A DNA stretch of 63,867 nt, filler included, from Octopus bimaculoides (lineage: Eukaryota): the NCBI RefSeq assembly GCF_001194135.2. It is 7 parts of 7 records of this genome, joined end to end, with 100 filler letters (N's around TTAATTAATTAA, not from the genome) between each part and the next. Parts side by side here need not be neighbours in the genome. Positions count along the whole stretch, not along the records: positions 1 to 23,981 come from NC_068985.1; positions 24,082 to 28,805 come from NC_068987.1; 5 more parts are not named here. The stretch is one strand, 5' to 3'. Below are positions 13,341 to 26,526 of the stretch, piece by piece. The notes under the pieces are model-generated. The model did no database searches. It was not told where the DNA came from and worked only from the letters and a program-made list of their open reading frames with translations. Numbering within the stretch: the stretch's first letter is position 1; each line of letters starts with the position of its first letter. The translations under genes and the position numbers were made by a program.

Positions 13341-16205
13341 TCTCAAAATGGGACTTTCATGAAACAATATATTTGTAGCAGAATAGTTAAGTGATTTCGA
13401 TTCCTAGAGCGGGCGACGCGTTATGTCATTGAGCAAGGAACTTATTTCATGCTGTTGCATTCTACTCAGCTGAAAATGAGTATCAGCCATGTACTGGTAC
13501 AGCTCTTTCACTCTCTCTTTCTTGTCAGGACCTCGACTTTTCGTTAAGCTAAGGTTGAGAGAGCTGTGATGTCGGTCTGCTGGTAACTACATAAGTACCT
13601 AAAACAATTAGTGAAAGTGTGGGACAAATTACCAGGCCATACTCGACTGCAAGTGTCAGCTAAGTTAAGGACGTCACGTAACCATTTTAAAGGAACATTT
13701 AAAACCAAGCTTTACTTTTAGATGTCATAAAAACAGATGTAACAATAATCTCCAGATCAGCCACTTTTCTCTGCTTTTTCAAATGACTGTTTTAATATCT
13801 TTTTAGACACAAATAGGGCGTTCTTAATTTTGTAACACTTTAAAGTAGGGACGCTATATCCCTTTTGAGTAAAATACATCGTATAAATACAAGCATATTC
13901 ACGCATTTTGCAAGAGCCTGTGGCGGTGCTGGTTGGTACTGTCCTGAACTGCGAGTTTTCTCACACATACTCACTCTCATCAGATGGACATCCATTCACA
14001 AACTGACACACGCTCATATAACATTCACAGACTTTATTAAAAATCTTTGTCCAAGGTAATCTTTCCGTATTTTTCATGTAATATTCTATTTTACAGCTTT
14101 GCTTATACTAAGTATTTGTCTGTTCATATTTTTGAACTAGACTTTTGCCGATGTCTTGTTTGCTTTCATTTGTATGATATTTTTAAAGTCTCGTATGATA
14201 TTTCTAAAATCTCTGAAAATATCATACACGAAACTAAAAATTTTATTAAAGACTTGTTTTCGTTTTGTTTTGATATGAACTTTGACGCTTTCTAAATGAT
14301 TGAAAGCTACTCTTTCCAAGCGCCGAAATCGTAATGATTCTGGATAAAAATTTGGCTCTATGGGTTTATGGTTTTATCCATGTCTGTTTTTTTTGTCCCA
14401 TATGACTTATTTTAAAACTATATTCTGCTTTGATGTGAATATTTTTGTGTTGAATGTTTCTTTCTCATTCAGTAAACACTTTTGCTATTTTTCTTTTCAT
14501 ATTAACCTTCACATTTTTACTTGTTACATATTGCTAAATTTTCATTGTATTTCATAATGCCATACATATTTCTATTTCAAAAACTGATGTTTATAATTTT
14601 ACATTGTGAATTGTTAATTTGTTACATCTATTGACTGCTTTATGGATCACATCTAGTTAAACTATTATTCAAACACCTTTTGATATCAACAACAGGTCGT
14701 TATTTAAGAAGCAGTATAGGATATATGCAGCATCTTACCTGATACATATACAATTTGTTGTCCGTAGATGATGATGATGATGATGACAACGACGACGACG
14801 ACGATGATAATGGCGGCGGCGACGACAACGATGGTGGGAGGAGGAGGAGGAGGAGGAGGAGGCGACTGGGGCTTAAGCAGGTAGGAAGTTCGACAAAGAA
14901 TTTGCTCCAAGAGAATTAAGAATGGATTAAGAAAAATATCTAAAAATGTGTTTAATACATGTTCTGAGATTGAGTCACGGTCGGAATGACGGGATGAAAA
15001 AGTGGATGTATCCTGTGCGTTTATTAAGAAGAGGTAGAGAGAGAGGTACAATGCTCAGGGAACCAGAAGCTCTTGCAAAAACTATTTAAGAGAGATAAGG
15101 GTGCTGTTTANNNNNNNNNNNNNNNNNNNNNNNNNNNNNNNNNNNNNNNNNNNNNNNNNNNNNNNNNNNNNNNNNNNNNNNNNNNNNNNNNNNNNNNNNN
15201 NNNNNNNNNNNNNNNNNNNNNNNNNNNNNNNNNNNNNNNNNNNNNNNNNNNNNNNNNNNNNNNNNNNNNNNNNNNNNNNNNNNNNNNNNNNNNNNNNNNN
15301 NNNNNNNNNNNNNNNNNNNNNNNNNNNNNNNNNNNNNNNNNNNNNNNNNNNNNNNNNNNNNNNNNNNNNNNNNNNNNNNNNNNNNNNNNNNNNNNNNNNN
15401 NNNNNNNNNNNNNNNNNNNNNNNNNNNNNNNNNNNNNNNNNNNNNNNNNNNNNNNNNNNNNNNNNNNNNNNNNNNNNNNNNNNNNNNNNNNNNNNNNNNN
15501 NNNNNNNNNNNNNNNNNNNNNNNNNNNNNNNNNNNNNNNNNNNNNNNNNNNNNNNNNNNNNNNNNNNNNNNNNNNNNNNNNNNNNNNNNNNNNNNNNNNN
15601 NNNNNNNNNNNNNNNNNNNNNNNNNNNNNNNNNNNNNNNNNNNNNNNNNNNNNNNNNNNNNNNNNNNNNNNNNNNNNNNNNNNNNNNNNNNNNNNNNNNN
15701 NNNAAATCCACTCACAGGGCTTTGGTTAGTTCGGGGTTATAGTAGAAGGCACTTACCTCAGAGGCCATGCAGTGGAACTGAACCCAAGGTCACGTAGTTG
15801 GGGAGCAAGCTTTCTAACCATGCAGCCTATTGATCTAATGATTAGGTTATTGATAATTTCCGACCGTAGAAAGTATCTAGTTATGTTCCCCAATATTTTT
15901 GCGTTCAAATCTTGCCAGGCCCAACTCTGCCTTTCTTCCTCCTAGGCTATAAAAATACACACCAGTCAGATTTTGGAGTTGATTCAATCTATTATACTTC
16001 CCTTTCAAAATACATTGTTTATGCCTATGTTTGAAATCATTGTTATAAACATTTAGTGGGGCTTTTGCTTTCTTTTCTTAATTCGTTTGTATTAAATTGT
16101 TGACCGTAATGCCTTGCTGCTTTTGGACTGTAGTTAGACGGAGTTGGGTAAAAATAAAGCTGTGGCTGATTCTGGAAGTCATCACGAGAAATGGTAATTT
16201 AAATA

Positions 16206-16300
16206 GCGTATTTTCCGACATACAAGTCGTATTTTTCGGAGCAAAATTTACAGCCTAAAGTAGGTTGATCGACTTATACACCAAGTCAACTTTGGAGGAC
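16206..16300. mobile_element. pogo/Tigger-like TIR remnant
   Basis: TA-GCGTATTTTCCGACATACAAGTCG...GTCGACTTATAC resembles pogo-type termini; short and decayed. Confidence 0.45.
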
Positions 16301-18253
16301 CGAAAAAATTCCATTTGAAGTATATCAGGATTTGAAAAGATAGTGACGATGTTTGAGTGTTTGCACTACATGCGTGTGCTATACCACGCCAACTTGTACG
16401 ACAGAAAATACGGTATATCAATTACATTTGAATATTATTCATAAGTTTTTTCCTCTTTGGAATTAAAGCTATATACAAATAAGAAGCCAGTCTCTTACAT
16501 ACATCTTGACATGATTTTACAATTAATGCTTTATTTACCAAGAGGCGACCCATCGAAAATAACGATGACAGAATAACATGGTGGGATCATGATTACAATA
16601 AACAAAACAAATGATTATATTAAAGCCAATTACACAATTATTTGGTTTAAAGTTGCTTTGTATGAGTTACATACGGAAAAACAGAGTATTGCAATAGGTC
16701 TTTTCATAATTTAAGAATTTAATGAAGACAAATACCTTTCCAAAAGAAAGATTATGTGTCATACAACAACAATTCCATATATGCAAATTTCCAATGATTT
16801 TGAAGAAATACAGAGCGGCTTTCTGGATTAAAGGAATACAAAGCAAAGAGAAATGATAACAAATGGAACAAAAATATCGCAATCATTTCTTAATATGATA
16901 ATTTGTCTGATTTGTGTTTTCTGTCAGCTGCCGTATGAGCTGTTCTGTCTTTTCAATACCATTTTAACTGCAAATAAAAGGAAGAAAATATTGATTAAAT
17001 TACATAATTTAAAAAAAAAAAAGGTATCGGAGGGGCGATGCATACCCTGCGCGCACACAAGGATAAAATAAAACTTAATAAATATATTCTCAGACGAATT
17101 TATATTTCAACAAAATTTACATCAAGAGTTATTTCCCCTGCTTATCGTTTAAGCGTATGTAAACAGAAAAAAAATTTTTTTTTTGATTCACCCGTCCGCC
17201 AGTTTTGAAGATAATCAAACCAAAATAATGATTTCGAGCCACTCATCCAATGAGTACTTTTGCCAGACTAGTGTGCCGCTGTATACCAGTTGCGGAGCAC
17301 CGGTATATATATATATATATATATATATATTACTTGTCACAGCCATTTATGAATAGAGCCATGCTGGGGTACCACCTTGAAGGATTTTCTTCGAACATGT
17401 AGGGAATCTTGCAAGCATGAAGTGGATTCGATCCACCATAACCAAATTTAAATTAACAGTTCAACAGAACTTTTCTCGCGGTGGAACAATGGTTTTTCTC
17501 TGACAACAATTTTACATTTGCCAGATTGCCTTAGCTAGGCCGAAATAATGTCTTCACCACTTGACCCTTATAACCTTTTCTATTCCACCAAAAGCTAGAA
17601 TAGAGATATCACAGTACCACCAACGAAGCCCATTGTTCTAAACGATATGTTTATCCTTCTAGATAGTTATAAAAACAAGAACCCGCAAGCAAAAGACAGT
17701 TAGTCACTTCGATGACAATTCAGAGAGAACGGTTCGGCAAAAGAGATGATAGAATGAATACTAGGCTTGCAAAGAATAAGCCTTGGGGTCGATTTGTTCG
17801 ACTAAAGGGGGTGCTCCAGCAAAGCCGCAGTCAAATGACTGAAATAAATAAAAGAATATTAAGCCATAGTCAATGTTCTATAGCCCTTTCAATGGATACG
17901 CTTTCGTAAATATGCATTTTTAGTGGAAATTGAATATTTCTCTACAATATTACATGTGTGTGTTCATTCACGTCTCATTTTGTAATTAAAAAGAATTTAC
18001 ATATTTATTTACACAATCACGTATCACTTAGAATATAACGCAGCATTATACGAAGGCTTAGCATTCATTTGGCCGCCCCCTTCTTTAAATTAAACATGTC
18101 TTCATTATATCTTTGCATGACATCCTTCCCAAGTGACCACCCGTGCAGCCTGCACACTCCAAGCTACACCACTGGTTTAAAAGCGTTATAAACATTAATA
18201 TTACAAAATTTATTACAATATACGATATAAATATAGATCGATAGTTGCTTACC

Positions 18254-18689
18254 TTAAGAGTCTTCTGATCTTTCATGTTTGTTGATCTTCCCAATGAGAT
18301 AGAGTGAGAAAAAGATTAACATCATCTGTAAAAGAGATATAAATTATCAGTGTGTGTGTGTGTGTAAAAGGAGAGGAGTTTTATAAGGAATTTGATGAGA
18401 GAATTTACAAACCTGAAACATTGCGGCGAGTGATAACACAGCCATCATGGTAATTTCTGCTGTGCTGATAGTGTGCCAAAGCTTGTCGTAGCACCCCTGA
18501 AATACACATAAATAAAACTAATCAATATGCAATGATATGATTTACATTAAAAAAAGAATCCCTTAGAATTTATAGGATAATTAGAATATTAAAATGAGAT
18601 AACAACATATAATTATTTTTCCGGATTTTCTCAAACCTGTAACATTGCATAGTTGCATATTATAAGATGTAAGTAAAAATTTATAATGC

Positions 18690-18779
<90 letters not shown>

Positions 18780-18798
18780 ACATACATACATACATACA

Positions 18799-18832
<34 letters not shown>

Positions 18833-21800
18833 CATACATACGTGCGTTTGTAGGTGCATACATAATTACACTTAAAAAAACGGACAACGCAGAAGGAACA
18901 ATGTTTGGGAAACAAGACAATAGTTTAACGCTTTAATAGAAACAGAAAGTGTTTTAACCTTTCGGACATTTGTGCTTCATCAGAAAAAAGAAAAAGAGAA
19001 ACAGAATTAGTGAGAACGAGATATAGTCAGTGAGAAGAAAATAGTCAAAATCTGATTGTAAAATCTATATAAAAAAATATCCTGGTTGAAAAGTCTTCAT
19101 ACACAAAATCCGCTCACTTTGAAAAGAGGCAGTACAGAAGGTAACACCACTCGATTTCCGGAATATTAGTCTGCGATAGCTTGAAAATGTTGAGGAAAAT
19201 AAATTTGGAAACCTCGTTCTTCCAAATGAATTATAAGGTTTTATAACTCACTGATACAAAAAAAAAATTATTCAAAATTAGATCATGGTCATGTTTTTAA
19301 TATGTTGTGTGTATGTGTGTGTGTGTGTGTGTGCGTGTGTAGTGAATTGATTTATAAACATCATAAAATATATGCATGATATTTAAGTATATAATTAATG
19401 CCTCTTCGTTAACTTTCAAATCATCATTACACGCCTGTAATTCCGGGTCATAAAACTTGCATATAGATACACAATCGGCTAAAACGATAGTTTTCTTTAG
19501 TTTCCTAAAGAAGTCACTAACCCTTTACTTTTAAAGTGATTATGTATGGTATGTTAATTAGTAATTATATAAATGGTTATGATTTTATTCTATTGAAATT
19601 TGTGCTTTTCAGCTTTTATTCCCCCCCCTCTCTCTCTCTCTTTCTCTCTCTCTTTCCCCCTCTCGCTCTCAAATGCACGCGCACATACATACCTACATAC
19701 ATACATACATGCATACATACATACATACATACATACATACATACANNNNNNNNNNCCTACATACATACATACATGCATACATACATACATACATACATAC
19801 ATACATACATACATGTACAGATCTTATATATTAAGAAAAAGTGGATAGTCAAGATTTTGAATCATTATCTATTTCGCGCTTTCATCTCTTTTTGAGAGAT
19901 TCATCGGTTGTAAAATTTACAGTCTTGCTGCTAGTTAGATTGATCAGTTGTTTCTATTTTCGGATCGGTCGACAATTATGCTGACACAACAGAAACCAAC
20001 CCAAAGGATTGCCTGCTCGTTGGTTACACTGTGCAACACTCAAAAAATTACAAGAGATCTGTGGCCATTTTTATATGCAAAATGACATGGGAAATCCATT
20101 TCTGGCCTTCTTTTTGTTGAATTAGACATGGTTTCTACAGAATTGTCACTGTATACCCTTTTTGTCATTATTATTAAATAAAATTCTCTACCGGATTGTA
20201 AAATGGGTTTCAATCCAGGACTAGCGACCAATCTTAGTAACACCTACAATGTGATTCAAGGCTTGTGTTTAATGTTATTTTTTATCTTTCAGATCTTATT
20301 TGTTTTCAATGTGAAGACATTGAGCGCCTGGTATGCAGGAAAAAATGTTCACATGACGTTTGGTGTGCCAGTGATTTGGCGTGAGCAGAAAGATCACTCT
20401 AATGATTGCTATTTCTGTCACCATGACTTTACAGGCTGTACTACAGCAAAGAAAAAGAAACACATTGTTTACCCAAATTTGCAATCAACAATGCGCCCAG
20501 TAGAGCACTCAAAAAATTTACCTGTGCCCAAACCTCCAAATCAAGAAATGCAGAGTTCCAACAGTGCTGATGAACATTCCAGTGGTGAATGTGTGGAGCC
20601 AATGATCCAGAAAGCGAGAAAAAAAACCAATACCATTTTCTCAAGAGGTTCTAAATGACTTGTGCAGGGATACGTGTGTGTGTGATGAGTGCAACATCCT
20701 CCAACTGCTCTATTCTGTGGCATCATACGACAAAATCATCCTTAAGTAGCTAACAATGAATTAAGTTCTTACCTGGTGATAATTTGATGTCTGACGTGTA
20801 GGGTATAAAGCGCAAGAGACATCTTCTGGTGGCTGAACGTTTGGGTACTCTCCTTTTAGTTTACAACAAACAATGGGTATTTTTAATTTGTAAGTCTTTC
20901 TAGATTTTGGATCGTGATAGAATCGATCCCAGCTGATGCTGTTGTTAAAATCTCTAAAATCGTATACACCGCAACAATGTAGCTGAAAAGATTATTCATA
21001 AAATTCAATTGCTTACAATAATACAACATATGATTCAATGGATTCTTGTGCAACAGTAAACAGTTCATGGAATCGTTATCTAAAGAATAATTCATATATT
21101 GAATGGCATTACTTTATTCTCCCTTAAATATATGACTGTTTTATTATTAATATTTTAAGACTAAGCACTGAACTTAGTGTGCCTTAACGGTTTTTAAGGT
21201 ATCTATAGGTTTTACTTGTTTATACAACACACTTGTGGAGGTGCAATGGCCCAGTGGTTAGGACAGCGGACTCGCGGTCGTAGGATCGCAGTTTCGATTC
21301 CCAGACCACCGGACGTTGTGAGTGTTTATTGAGCAAAAACACCTAAAGCTCCACGAGGCTCCAGCAGGGGTTGGTGGCGAATCCTGCTGTACTCTATCAC
21401 CACAACTTTCTCTCACTCTTTCTTCCTGTTTCTGTTGTACCTGTGTTTCAAAGGGCCAGCCTTGTCACACTCTGTGTCACGCTGAATCTCCCCCCGAGAA
21501 CTACGTTAAGGGTACACGTGTCTGTGGTATGCTCAGCCACTTGCACGTTAACTTCACGAGCAGGCTGTTCCGTTGATTGGTTCAACTGGAACCCTCGACG
21601 TCGTAAGCGACGGAGTACCAACAACAACACGCTTAGGTATATTAAGATTCATCAATATTCAGATGTTTAACGTTACTAAACTAAATAACGTTTGCATTTC
21701 CAAGTAGTGTTCTGTTTCAGATGTATGTGCTTATAAATGTAAGAGAGTAACGGTATAAGATGTGAAATATCTGTTAAGAAATCAAACAAAGGAAAGCCTT

Positions 21801-21910
21801 ACCGAATTCATAATATAGTTCCACGATATGCTGGCTGTGTCTTTACCAGTAATTCCTTGGTACTTGTACTTCAACGTCTCTTTTAGAGGCTCTTTTAACG
21901 CTATATCCAC
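18254..21910 (-). CDS. Tetraspanin (6-Cys EC2), 3' four coding exons; 5' exons (TM1-TM3) not found
   Basis: Exons 21910-21803 (VDIALKEPL...SWNYIMNS), 20982-20773 (LHCCGVYDF...IPIVCCKL...SCALYPTRQTSNYHQ), 18496-18413 (GCYDKLWHTI...LAAMFQ) and 18325-18254 (MMLIFFSLYLIGKINKHERSEDS*). All have GT-AG phase-0 introns and join in frame. CCG, PxxCC and GC-before-TM4 signatures present. Confidence 0.93.
20027..20660 (+). mobile_element. Decayed DNA transposon 5' fragment, probably Chapaev-3-like (CMC superfamily), in a tetraspanin intron
   Basis: Putative terminus CACTGTGCAAC at 20027. Transposase N-terminal motif LSAWYAGKNVHMTFGVPVIWREQKDHSNDCYFC...YPNLQSTMRPVEHS. Family assignment is from memory of the motif. 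Confidence 0.55.
21237..21629 (+). mobile_element. Full-length tRNA-derived SINE, family A copy 2
   Basis: Same head as 4392. Body ends GGAACCCTCGACGTCGTAAGCGACGGAGTACC(AAC)n. Confidence 0.85.
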
Positions 21911-22349
21911 CTTTGAAATAAATATATTAATATAATTATTCATCAGTCAATAATAATTAGGGATTATTCTCTTAGCAAAAATTATACGAGATCGTGATTC
22001 TAATATTTCTATCTCACACACAGCTGAGAATGGGTAAAGTCAATTAAGTCAACCTCAGCACATCGTTGGTATTTATTTTATTGACCAAGGAGAGATAAAA
22101 ACCAATGTCGACCTCGATGAAATTTAAACACATAGATACCGCTTCTTATTCCATTACACATTACTTCTTTTGTTTCTATTTTTGTTATTTTGGGGGGTGC
22201 AAATACTGGATTCAATTAAATTGATAAAACCTTTCTCAGCCAAATCTTTGGCCTTGTGGTAGTGTTAGAACACTATATCTGATGGACATAAAGATGATGG
22301 AGATTGCAGAAACAGTAAACCAAACAACTAGATGCCATACTTACTCTAC

Positions 22350-23430
22350 TTTTTTACTCTTTTACTTGTTTCAGTCATTTGACTGTGGCCATGCTGGAGC
22401 ACCGCCTTTAGTCGAGCAAATCGACCCAAGGACTTATTCTTTGTAAGCCTAGTACTTATTCTATCGGTCTCTTTTGCCGAACCGCTAAGTTACGGGGACG
22501 TAAACACACCAGCATCGGTTGTCAAGCGATGTTGGGGGACAAACACAGACACACAAACATACACACGCACATACATACATATATATATATATATATANNN
22601 NNNNNNNNNNNNNNNNNNNNNNNNNNNNNNNNNNNNNNNNNNNNNNNNNNNNNNNNNNNNNNNNNNNNNNNNNNNNNNNNNNNNNNNNNNNNNNNNNNNN
22701 NNNNNNNNNNNNNNNNNNNNNNNNNNNNNNNNNNNNNNNNNNNNNNNNNNNNNNNNNNNNNNNNNNNNNNNNNNNNNNNNNNNNNNNNNNNNNNNNNNNN
22801 NNNNNNNNNNNNNNNNNNNNNNNNNNNNNNNNNNNNNNNNNNNNNNNNNNNNNNNNNNNNNNNNNNNNNNNNNNNNNNNNNNNNNNNNNNNNNNNNNNNN
22901 NNNNNNNNNNNNNNNNNNNNNNNNNNNNNNNNNNNNNNNNNNNNNNNNNNNNNNNNNNNNNNNNNNNNNNNNNNNNNNNNNNNNNNNNNNNNNNNNNNNN
23001 NNNNNNNNNNNNNNNNNNNNNNNNNNNNNNNNNNNNNNNNNNNNNNNNNNNNNNNNNNNNNNNNNNNNNNNNNNNNNNNNNNNNNNNNNNNNNNNNNNNN
23101 NNNNNNNNNNNNNNNNNNNNNNNNNNNNNNNNNNNNNNNNNNNNGAATAAGTACTAGGCTTCCAAAGAATAAGTCCTGGGGTCGATTTGCTCGACTAAAG
23201 GCGGTGCTCCAGCATGGCCACAGTCAAAAGACTGAAACAAGTAAAAGAATATATATATATATACATATATACGACGGGCTTCTTTCAGTTTCCGTCTACC
23301 AAATCCACTCACAAGGCTTTGCTCGGCCTGAGACTATAGTAGAAGACACTTGCCCAAAGTGCCATGCAGTGGGACTGAACTCGGAACCATGTGGTCCGTA
23401 AGCAAGCTACTTACCACACAGCCACTCCTA
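22350..23430. mobile_element. Inverted pair of SINE family D copies flanking a gap, plus an adjacent inverted family C copy
   Basis: 22350-22460 is the reverse complement of 23146-23240 (GTCGATTTGCTCGACTAAAGGCGGTGCTCCAGCATGGCC). Further copies at 17735, 46070, 51000, 51470 and 57170. Confidence 0.75.
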
Positions 23431-23936
23431 CACCTATGTATTTCAGAACTAAAAATCTCGGAATTTAGTCCAACTTGAGCCGATTGTCATTCAGCCATGC
23501 ACACGGTGAGTTTGAAATAATGACAGTCTCAACCACATAAAGAAGAGAAATGTTATTTGGTGCAACCCTCCATACAACACCAATTTTAAAATTTGTTACA
23601 AAGAACTTTCTCTCAACTAACCAAATACATCACCAATAATATGCCAATCACCTGACCAAGCATGTTATCAACGGCACGATTAATCTAAAGGCGTCCAAAT
23701 ACCTTTAAATAGCCTGATGACTGTATTCCATTTTATTATTTCATATATTCATCAATATCTTTGCGCAGGTATAGCTTGTGAGAGATGCCTCCAAGTACAC
23801 TAAATTGTCTCAGTTATGCAAAATAACAGAACTGCTCTTGCGACTTAAACGTTTATGGAATTCAAATACTGCATCATCATGACACTTCATACGTACTATT
23901 ACACGCGAAATTGGTTATGAATAAAAGCCATATATA

Positions 23937-23981
<45 letters not shown>

Positions 23982-24080
23982 NNNNNNNNNNNNNNNNNNN
24001 NNNNNNNNNNNNNNNNNNNNNNNNNTTAATTAATTAANNNNNNNNNNNNNNNNNNNNNNNNNNNNNNNNNNNNNNNNNNN

Positions 24081-24457
24081 NGCCCCTGGACTGGTTCTTG
24101 TGCGGGTGGCACATGAGATGCACCATTTTGAGCGTGGCCATTGCCAGTACCGCCTGACTGGCTCCCGTAGGATTTTCGAGCGAGATCGTTGCCAGTGCCC
24201 CTGGACTGGCTTGTGCGGGTGGCACATAAAAGACACCATTTTGAGCGTGGCTGTTTTCATGCGGGTGACACGTAAAAGCGCCCACTACACTCTCTGAGTG
24301 GTTGGCATTAGGAAGGGCATCCAGCTGTAGAAACTCTGCCAAATTAGATTGGAGCCTAGTGTTGCCATCCGGTTTCACCAGTCCTCAGTCAAATCGTCCA
24401 ACCCATGCTAGCATGGAAAGCGGACGTTAAACGATGATGATGATGATGATGATGATA
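24081..24457 (+). mobile_element. Retroposon 3' end with (GAT)n tail
   Basis: ...GGCATTAGGAAGGGCATCCAGCTGTAGAAAC...CCATGCTAGCATGGAAAGCGGACGTTAAAC(GAT)n. Related copies at 25295-25440, and inverted at 26615-27390, 25730-25900 and 53313-53415. Confidence 0.75.
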
Positions 24458-26419
24458 TTACATATACATTAATAGAATAATAAATAATATATTACATATA
24501 CATTAATAGAATAAACTGTCGGTTTTCCAAATAGCGAATGGAAACTTAAGATTAAGTGAGAGACTTTGCAAATGAGAATGAAATACTCTGCAGTGGATGT
24601 AATGAATATTTAAATTTGTGAGTAATTGGAGTTAAAAAAATTCAAGTAACTTGAGAAATCAAAATTATAGGAAATTTCTTAGAACATGAATTTATAAAAA
24701 TATTTCCGGACGGTCAGCCCTTTAATAATTGCTTATTTTTAGTATATTTATATTATAGTATAGATAATACATTTTTCATAACTATAATAATACTTTTATT
24801 GTAACTTTTCGTTTTTTTTGATAAAAATAAATGAGTATTGTACATGTTTGTTTTTTTCATAACTGTATACCTACTTTTGCACCACCCTGNNNNNNNNNNN
24901 NNNNNNNNNNNNNNNNNNNNNNNNNNNNNNNNNNNNNNNNNNNNNNNNNNNNNNNNNNNNNNNNNNNNNNNNNNNNNNNNNNNNNNNNNNNNNNNNNNNN
25001 NNNNNNNNNNNNNNNNNNNNNNNNNNNNNNNNNNNNNNNNNNNNNNNNNNNNNNNNNNNNNNNNNNNNNNNNNNNNNNNNNNNNNNNNNNNNNNNNNNNN
25101 NNNNNNNNNNNNNNNNNNNNNNNNNNNNNNGGGTATACATCTTGTAAAATGCTGTTTAAAGCCTGTTCACAGTCTTCAGCCACCTAATATCATCAGCAAT
25201 ATGGAGGTATATACTACCGGATTTACGTCAGGAATTCCTGTGTCCATACAATTTATAAAAAATATGAGAGAAAGAAAATATAATTTACACAAGGGAGTTG
25301 GTGTTAGGAAGGGCATCCAACCATAAAAACCCTGCCAAAACAGACACTGAAGCCTGGTGCAGTCTTCTGCATAGCCAGCCCTTATCAAACTATCCAGCCC
25401 ATGCCAGCATGGAAAACGGATGTAAAATGATGATGATGATGAGACTCTTTATTCAGAACCACTACAATCATTTCGACTCATCATGCACCAGTGCCTTGCA
25501 AGTGAGATGTACAAGCAGTTGCTATGCATCGTAGGTGCAGATGTATTTCCTCTGGTGACTTTTCAAAAAAGTATCTAATTTTTTATTTCCCATTTCACAT
25601 ATTTCTATAACATTACATTTTGGTATTTGCAGCATACTATTTGTCTCTATAAGATTCCTTGTATTTCCTTAGCGAGACATATAGTATGCTAAAATTGTGT
25701 GTGCGTGTTGTAAATGATCATGCCATGTTGGCATAGGTTGGATGGTATGACAGAATCTGGTGAGCTGCAGGGCTGCATCAAGTTTCAATGTCAGCTTTGA
25801 CATTGTTTCTACAGCTGGATGCCACTCATAATACCAGCAACCTTACGGTGTGTACTAGGTGCTTTTTTTTTTTGCCACTAGCATTAGTGAAGTCACCAAG
25901 TAACTTGTAAGGTATGATAAGACCAAGAAAAGGAAAATGTCCCCTCAACTAAGTGGGAAAGTATTTAAGAGGGGAGAAATGGCTTTTATGCCATCTGTTT
26001 GGAGGGTAAAGTATGACTGAGACAAATGCAGGTCTCACACTACAGAGAAGATAATAGCTTCCTTACATTATATAAGAGTGGGTGGGAGTTGTTGGGAAGA
26101 AGATAAGGTGATAATGATGGGGTACCAGAGCTAACCCACACATAACAAGGAGGTGGACAAGCATGGGCAAGCATAGACAGTGTTTTTAGGATATCATTTT
26201 TGCTGTAATTGACAGGTCTTCTTGAGCACAGTCCCTTGTCGTCACTTCTGTGAGGCTCAGCATCTCGATATCAATCTTTCCTACTTCATCCTATGTCATT
26301 CTAGGTCTCTCTCTTCCACATATTCCATTCACTTTTTTAAAAAATAGATTTGAAAGTTTAATCATTTTTTAAAAATAATTTTACTGTTGTATGTAATATT
26401 GTGTATTCTTACTTTTCAG

Positions 26420-26526
26420 TTTGGTCTGATGACAACTGGTTACGAGAGCATGCTGGTGAAACTGTAGCAAAACCAGATGAGACTGTGGATGACGACACAG
26501 AACAGACAGCTGTGAAAACAGACTCG
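26420..26526 (+). CDS. Orphan internal coding exon of an unidentified plus-strand gene
   Basis: TATTCTTACTTTTCAG acceptor and TCG|GTAAGT donor. One open frame, (x)WSDDNWLREHAGETVAKPDETVDDDTEQTAVKTDS, phase 1 to 0. Partner exons not identified. Confidence 0.6.

Noticed and set aside
24026-24038. TTAATTAATTAA islands inside N runs (also ~28850, 48176, 55739, 59004, 62581)
   Set aside because: Identical 12-mer always flanked by Ns, with stops in all six frames: an assembly gap/linker marker, not biology.
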